From the human T2T-CHM13v2.0 reference genome, Homo sapiens, in the NCBI RefSeq assembly GCF_009914755.1, contig NC_060926.1: a stretch of 64,000 nt of DNA; one strand, written 5' to 3'. A program made the translations under genes and the position numbers. Of the stretch, positions 58,269-64,000 are shown in pieces. Position 1 is the stretch's first letter. Each line of letters starts with the position of its first letter. Under the pieces are notes generated by a model. That model made no database searches. It was not told the origin of the DNA and was given only the letters and a program-made list of their open reading frames with translations.

Positions 58269-61200
58269 GTGAGTGAGCGGTGGGACTGGCAGTGGGTCTG
58301 GCATGGAGACAGCTTCAGTGTCAAACACCTTATCCTGACTTTTGTCTGTCAGAGTTCTAGCAGGAAACTATGGCCAGTCTTTTACCTATAGAGTTTGAAG
58401 TACTTTCCTTTATATCTATTTTGTTTCTTATAAGGGTTTAATTAATTAAGATAGTGCTAGCAGGGACTAAGGGACCCACAGTGGATGATGGGGCTCCTGA
58501 GGGATAGCAATAGCTGGGAGCTGTGACTACTCCTAGTCTGGCTGGGAGAGAGTGATGTTATCAGAACTCTATCCAGGTTAGTGAAGCCACCCAGCCATAG
58601 TTGTGGCCCCAGGTGGAGGAGCATGGCCACTGCCAGCCTGGCCTTAAAGAGAGCAGAGTGGCTGAGCACTGTGTGGCATGTCTTTCCTGCCCTGCTTCTC
58701 AGGGGCCAGCCTTCCTGAAAGAGAGCAGAGAAGGGTATAAAATTATCTGTTGTCATTTATTTAGCATTTACTATGTTCCTGGCTAATCCTTAACACTTAA
58801 GCTTAGTTGTCCCATTGAATCCCCACCTAGCCAAGTGACAGACACTTTCATTTTATGGAGGAAACTGAGACTGAGACACATTAAATACTTTGCCTAAGGC
58901 TAGAAGTTTCTACTACCTGATGGGGCCCATACCTAACAAAGCTATTCCCTCATTAGCATGGAATGAAAAGATACCTTGAGATTTGCTAAAACCAAGGAAG
59001 ATTAGATTTGCTTCTCATTGGGGTAAAGAGGCTTCTATCAACATTTATCTGCTTGGATATAATCAGTATATTAGATTTTAAACGACCAGTCTGTGACTTT
59101 GCTGGGAAAGAAACTTGTTATGTCAGGTCTTCCTGTTTATCAGGAGACATCGGTTGTCCTCAGCAATTTTATGTCCCACTCCCTGGGACTGTGTCACCAC
59201 CTTCCTTGCAGGTCGGGATGGTGGTGCTTTTGGATACTTCCAGTAAAGATGGCAGCCCCGAGTGGTTTTTGTCCTTAACAGAGTCCTCCATTTTCTTACC
59301 CCTCTGAGATTAGAATTACATTTGTTTTCTAAAGCTTAATCCTAAAGATTGACCTGCTTTTTGCAGTAATTATATGGCTCAGATTTCTGTCTTAGAAACT
59401 TCCTCCAGTGATTGCGTTTCCTGATCAGCTCAGTTCCTGTGTCCATACTCAGCACCTGTGTGGACCCAGTCAGATGGAACTTGGGGGACAAATTTTGGAT
59501 GTCCAGTACTGGTGTTTTTTTTTTTTTTAAGCATCCTGGAAGGTTAGGAATGTCCAATGAGTGATTAGAGTTAGTGAGGATTGTTTCTCTAGAAGTAATT
59601 TATGGTATCAGGTTATCCCCTGAGTTTTTTCTTACTCACCGTATGTCTGGTGGTTCTCACAGCCAGGGGCACTGAGGGGCTCTGCCCTGGGATCTGGAGG
59701 CCAGCACTGTTCACCTGATCTCCACCACTGAGATACTTCTGGCTACAGCCATAATCAGGTGGCCCAAAGGACTGAACAAGGAAGAATGGGAGGGCACTCT
59801 AGACTAATTAAGGTTGTCTTTTCAGTCTAAAGTTAACAATGACACACATGAATTTTCATATCAGTATAATTAGATGCAGGTCCCAAATGTACAATGGGCC
59901 ATTATGGCTGTTCAGTTAGAGCAGCTTGGGTGCTCTGTGACTGTGGCATGTGCCTGTGTCAGGACTAGACAAAGTCATTTGCTTGGGGAAGCTCTCTCCC
60001 CTTCAGGTGTGAGGCCAGGAGCACCTGGTGTGGGTCCTGTCCCTGAGGTTCTGTCCTACACCACCCTCATGCAACACCTACTACACACAGGTGCACAGTG
60101 ACTGTCAGAGGTGCTTCATGTTTAAGGATGGGCCTCCGTGTCATAAACTTTTTTAAAGGGTATATAGAGATGAAATCCAAATCAAAGGTCCAGAGTTTTC
60201 AGCAAATTGTACCTACCTATTTGCCAACTTAACCTCACCATAGAAAGCCAAAAGATTCATCCTGTGGCCAGTCTTTCCCATTACAGAGTTTAAAGTACTT
60301 TTTTAAAATTTCTATTTCATTTTTTAACAAAATATTTAACAAAATATAGTATATCTCATGTGCCAGGTACTATTTGTAATATTTATAAACACTGATTTAT
60401 TTAATCTTCACAGAGACTCATTTTACAGATTGGAAAACAGAGGCAGAGAGAAGTTAAGTAACTTTAATGTCACTCAGCTGGGAAGTGTCAAAGGCTTGGC
60501 TGCTGGCTCCAGAGTCTAGACCTTTAACCACTGTGTTATGCTTTCCATGGGTAAAGCAACCTAAAAAAGCCCCTGGAATCAGTTACATGTGGTTGGAGAC
60601 TAACTCTGTCATTGACTTACCAAATGCTTGATATTGGGCAATTTATCTAACCTCTCTCTGCATCAGTTTCTACATCTGCAGGAAGAGATGACAAGCCTGC
60701 CTGTTCTACAAGGTTGTTTTGGGGATTCAGTGGAGCATGATGAGAGCAAAGCAGTTGGCACCATGCTTGCACCTAGATAGTGCTCAATAAATACTGGCTA
60801 CTGTTAGCTTTATGATTGTGATCAATGTATGAATATTAAACAGTATTTCCAGGCTGAAGGAACTCTGAGGTACTCATATTGAGGAGTCAGTATTAGAGCT
60901 TAGCAGTGCTGCCCATTCAATAAGGAATATTGAGAGACCCACAGCCGCTGAGACTGCAGAACCCTGCATTTAGGACAATTGTCCCACCCCACTGGAGGTC
61001 CCCACCTGCTCTGTTCTTGGATTTCATGAGGGACGTGAGAAAGGGACTGGAGGCCGACTCCATCTGCTTCCCTTCTCGGCACCAGTGCACTAAGGGACCA
61101 GGAAAAGAGGTGTTGGGGCTGTGTGGTTGTGTTTTCCTCCTGTGCAATGGAGGAAATTGGCTTTGGGGTTTTCTTTTCCTGTTTTCTCATGGAATCTCAA

Positions 61201-61537
61201 GATTTCTAGGAGCAACCCTGCCTACATGCAATCAGTCCCTGAGAGGATTGTGATGTCTAATTCCAGGGGAGGAGCAAATGCACGAGGATCTCATTGGGAA
61301 GGGTTAGGCTAGTGCTGCTCAGGGGGAATTGTGGTGGGCCTTTCTTTGGAGTCTTGGAAACTCTTGGACTGGGCCTCAGCAGGATACTAAAAGCAACACT
61401 AGCCTGAGAGCTCAAAAGGGGCCCCGAGAGCCTCTGCTCCACACTGCTTGCTTTGCCAGCTGCCCCATTGCTGATGTCATACTGCCCTGAGAAAGCCACA
61501 TGCCTCCTCTGGTTGAATCTCTCTGCTCTCTCTCCAG

Positions 61538-61942
61538 AAATGGGCTTTGCAGTCACAGCCATCTCCCGGACACCGGGGGTCACCTACAGCAACTCCTTTG
61601 ACTTGCAGTGTATCATCAAACCCCACTACCCTGCCCAGGTCCCCGTGTCAGTGACATGGCATTTCTAGCCGGTGGGCACAGTGGAGTTCCATGACTTGGT
61701 GACCTTCACCCGGGATGGAGGGGTCCAGTGGGGGGACAGGTCCTCCAGCTTCCGAACCCGAACTGCCACCGAGAAGGCTGAGTCCAGCAACAACGTCTGC
61801 CTAAGCATCAGCCGAGCCAGTGACACGGAAGCAGGCAAGTATCAGTGTGTGGCAGAGCTGTGGCGGAAGAACTGCAACAACACCTGGACGCAACTGGCGG
61901 AGAGGACCTCCAACCTGCTGGTGATCAGGGTGCTGCAGCCAG
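61538..61942 (+). pseudogene. IGSF3: IGSF3-like Ig5 exon with nonsense codon
   Basis: ctccag|AAATGGGC...CAGCCAG|gtgagt; VTWHF*PVGTVEF with TAG at 61666-61668. Confidence 0.95.
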
Positions 61943-62454
61943 GTGAGTGCTGAGGACCTGTGGGCTATGTGCCCATGCTGCCTGAGCAGACGTGAGGGAA
62001 AAAGAAAAGTGTGCATGGAGCCCTTAGCATCACTTCCCCCTTTCCCAGCTCTTCATTTAGAGACATTGCAAATCAATAGGAAGTTTTAAGAATCATGCAG
62101 TGGACACTTGTATTTCCTTTCCTTGATAGCCAGTTGTTGTCTGACAGCATTTGTTTTCTTCCTCTGTGTGTATGTTTGTTGTTGTTGTTGAGCCATTGGA
62201 GGGAAAGCTGTGGACATTGGGACACTTCCCCCTAAGTACTTCAGCATGTAACTCCTAAGAACCTACCCACCCACTGCACCATTATCACACCCTTGGGGTT
62301 TTACGTTAGTGTAGTCCTATCACCTACATTTCCCCAGTTGTCCCAATCATGCCCTTTATTTTTCCCTTTCAGATTAGGATCCAACCAGGGATCACACATC
62401 ACATTTGTTATCCTGTCTCTTTAGACTCCTTTAATCTAGAACAATTCCCTAACC

Positions 62455-62462
62455 TGTGTGTT

Positions 62463-62504
<42 letters not shown>

Positions 62505-62506
62505 TG
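62455..62506. repeat. (TG)n microsatellite inside an old L1 3' fragment (about 62010-62545)
   Basis: TG run directly visible; flanks resemble an antisense L1M 3' end. Confidence 0.85.
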
Positions 62507-64000
62507 TCTGTAGACATGGACATTTGTGAAATGCACAGGTCAATTGTTTTAAAGAAAGCCTTTTTCTTTACTTAACCTCATCTCCTGTAATCCTCATACA
62601 ATTATGTGGAAGTGATATCATTGTCTCCTGTTCATAGACAAGGAAATTGTGAGTAAAGAGGGAGGGTAATAGGCACCTATTGAGCATCTTCTTTGCATGA
62701 GGTGCTGAAGGTCAGTTATTCTATTAGAATTGCACAACAACCCCAGGAAAGATTTAAGTGACTAGCTTAAGGTCATGTACCTAGTGAATGGTGGAGACAG
62801 GATTTGAACCCCGGTTGTCTCCCACAATGTTGCCTACACCCAGGCCCTGTCCAGTTGTATGGGCCCTGAATTTGAGCTCCTTTCTCTATGGAGGCTGAGT
62901 CTGTCTCAAAGCGGATCATCAGGATGCATTAATTTGGGGAGCATTAGTCAGTGGGGCTTTCTGCAAACACTCTCACCTTCGTCAGGCTCTTCTGCTGACA
63001 TGCGGGAGGAGTTAAGTACATGCAGCTCTTATGGTTTTCCTCCATCTGTCCTTGTCTCCTGCCAGGTTAGAAGCTGGTGGAGGGTGGAGCCCAGGCGGTA
63101 GGCTCCTGTGTTCCTTCCCTCACCCAGCCCATGCCTCGGCTAGAACAGACACCTGTGCAGGCAAGGGCAAGGGTTTGACTTTGCAAAGATGGCTGGAACG
63201 CCTTGCCAAAGGGATTTTTCTGCCCACTAACAGCCATGGTTAGGGCCTGACCTGGTCTGCCCGACTACTTTAGGTGGCCACAGTGTTGTTTTCAGCAACA
63301 TGAGGTTAAATAACGGTAACCTTTGGGTTTCTCCTTCACCTCTTCTAACCCCATAACAGAGTTCTGTTCTGTACCAGATTTGGAACAAGTGAGTTGTATA
63401 AATGATGAGACTGTTCCCTTGGCCAACGAGAGCCTAAACTTTGACTGACAAGAGGCTCAGGGAAGAGGCTGTTTTACTTAAGTGGATTTTCAGGTTAATG
63501 GAAGGTTAAGCAGAGACCCCATTTTATGTGAACCCTTGTTGTGGAAAATGTCGAGGTACCCACTTGCCTGCGTTATTGAGTGGGACATTAGGATTGTAAT
63601 TGCACCTTTTTTGGTCCCCTGTGGCTCTCAAAGTCAGTTTTCTGAGCAGCATTGCCCATCACATGGTTCTGCAGCTATAGAAGGTAGAGGAGATGCTGAC
63701 CTCAAGACCTTGTCTGATATTGCCTTTTTGAATCCATCCCTAGTATTTGCCTGTTTCTGGTACTATTTGGAATCTAAGACTGGAGTGCCTAAGGGAAGAA
63801 TACAGAATTAGTTCATTGAAGGTTCTAATTATTTGGATTAATTTATGGTGTTACTAAAGGCAGACAGGGAAAAATATGTATGAAGTACCTCTTGGATGCC
63901 AGGTTTATGCTTAGTGCTTTACTCATGTTTTCTTTTTTAAATTTATCCAACAACCTAATAATGTAGGTGTTTGTATCCCTATTTTGCTAATGAGGAAACC

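Overview
Human/great-ape pericentromeric segmental-duplication mosaic with no intact canonical gene. Left to right: (1) an unprocessed partial KMT2C (MLL3) copy on the minus strand, nine exons matching about exons 15-23 (PHD4-6 region); (2) an AT-rich spacer; (3) a decayed, GC/CpG-rich processed NKAIN1 pseudogene on plus; (4) an unprocessed partial IGSF3 copy on plus (Ig domains 1-5 plus the 60-nt alternative exon); (5) a processed KMT5A (SETD8) retrocopy on minus, nested in an IGSF3 intron, with a perfect 13-bp TSD and an uninterrupted 343-codon ORF. From memory this order resembles the 2p11.1 cluster (NKAIN1P2/IGSF3P2/KMT5AP2), but paralogous copies exist and I cannot tell them apart here. 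Most interesting signal: the antisense strand of the NKAIN1 retrocopy supplies ATGs, an open frame and a GTGAGC donor that can splice in frame, via a cryptic acceptor inside KMT2C exon 15, to stop-free KMT2C exons, giving a candidate 297-350 aa chimeric PHD4-PHD5 protein; every clear disabling lesion lies downstream of PHD5. Other signals: a possible de novo signal peptide for a soluble IGSF3 Ig1-4 product, an IGSF3 alternative exon exonised from an antisense CR1/L3 element, and a 170-bp nested palindrome. Parent-protein comparisons and repeat family names are from recall, not from a database search.
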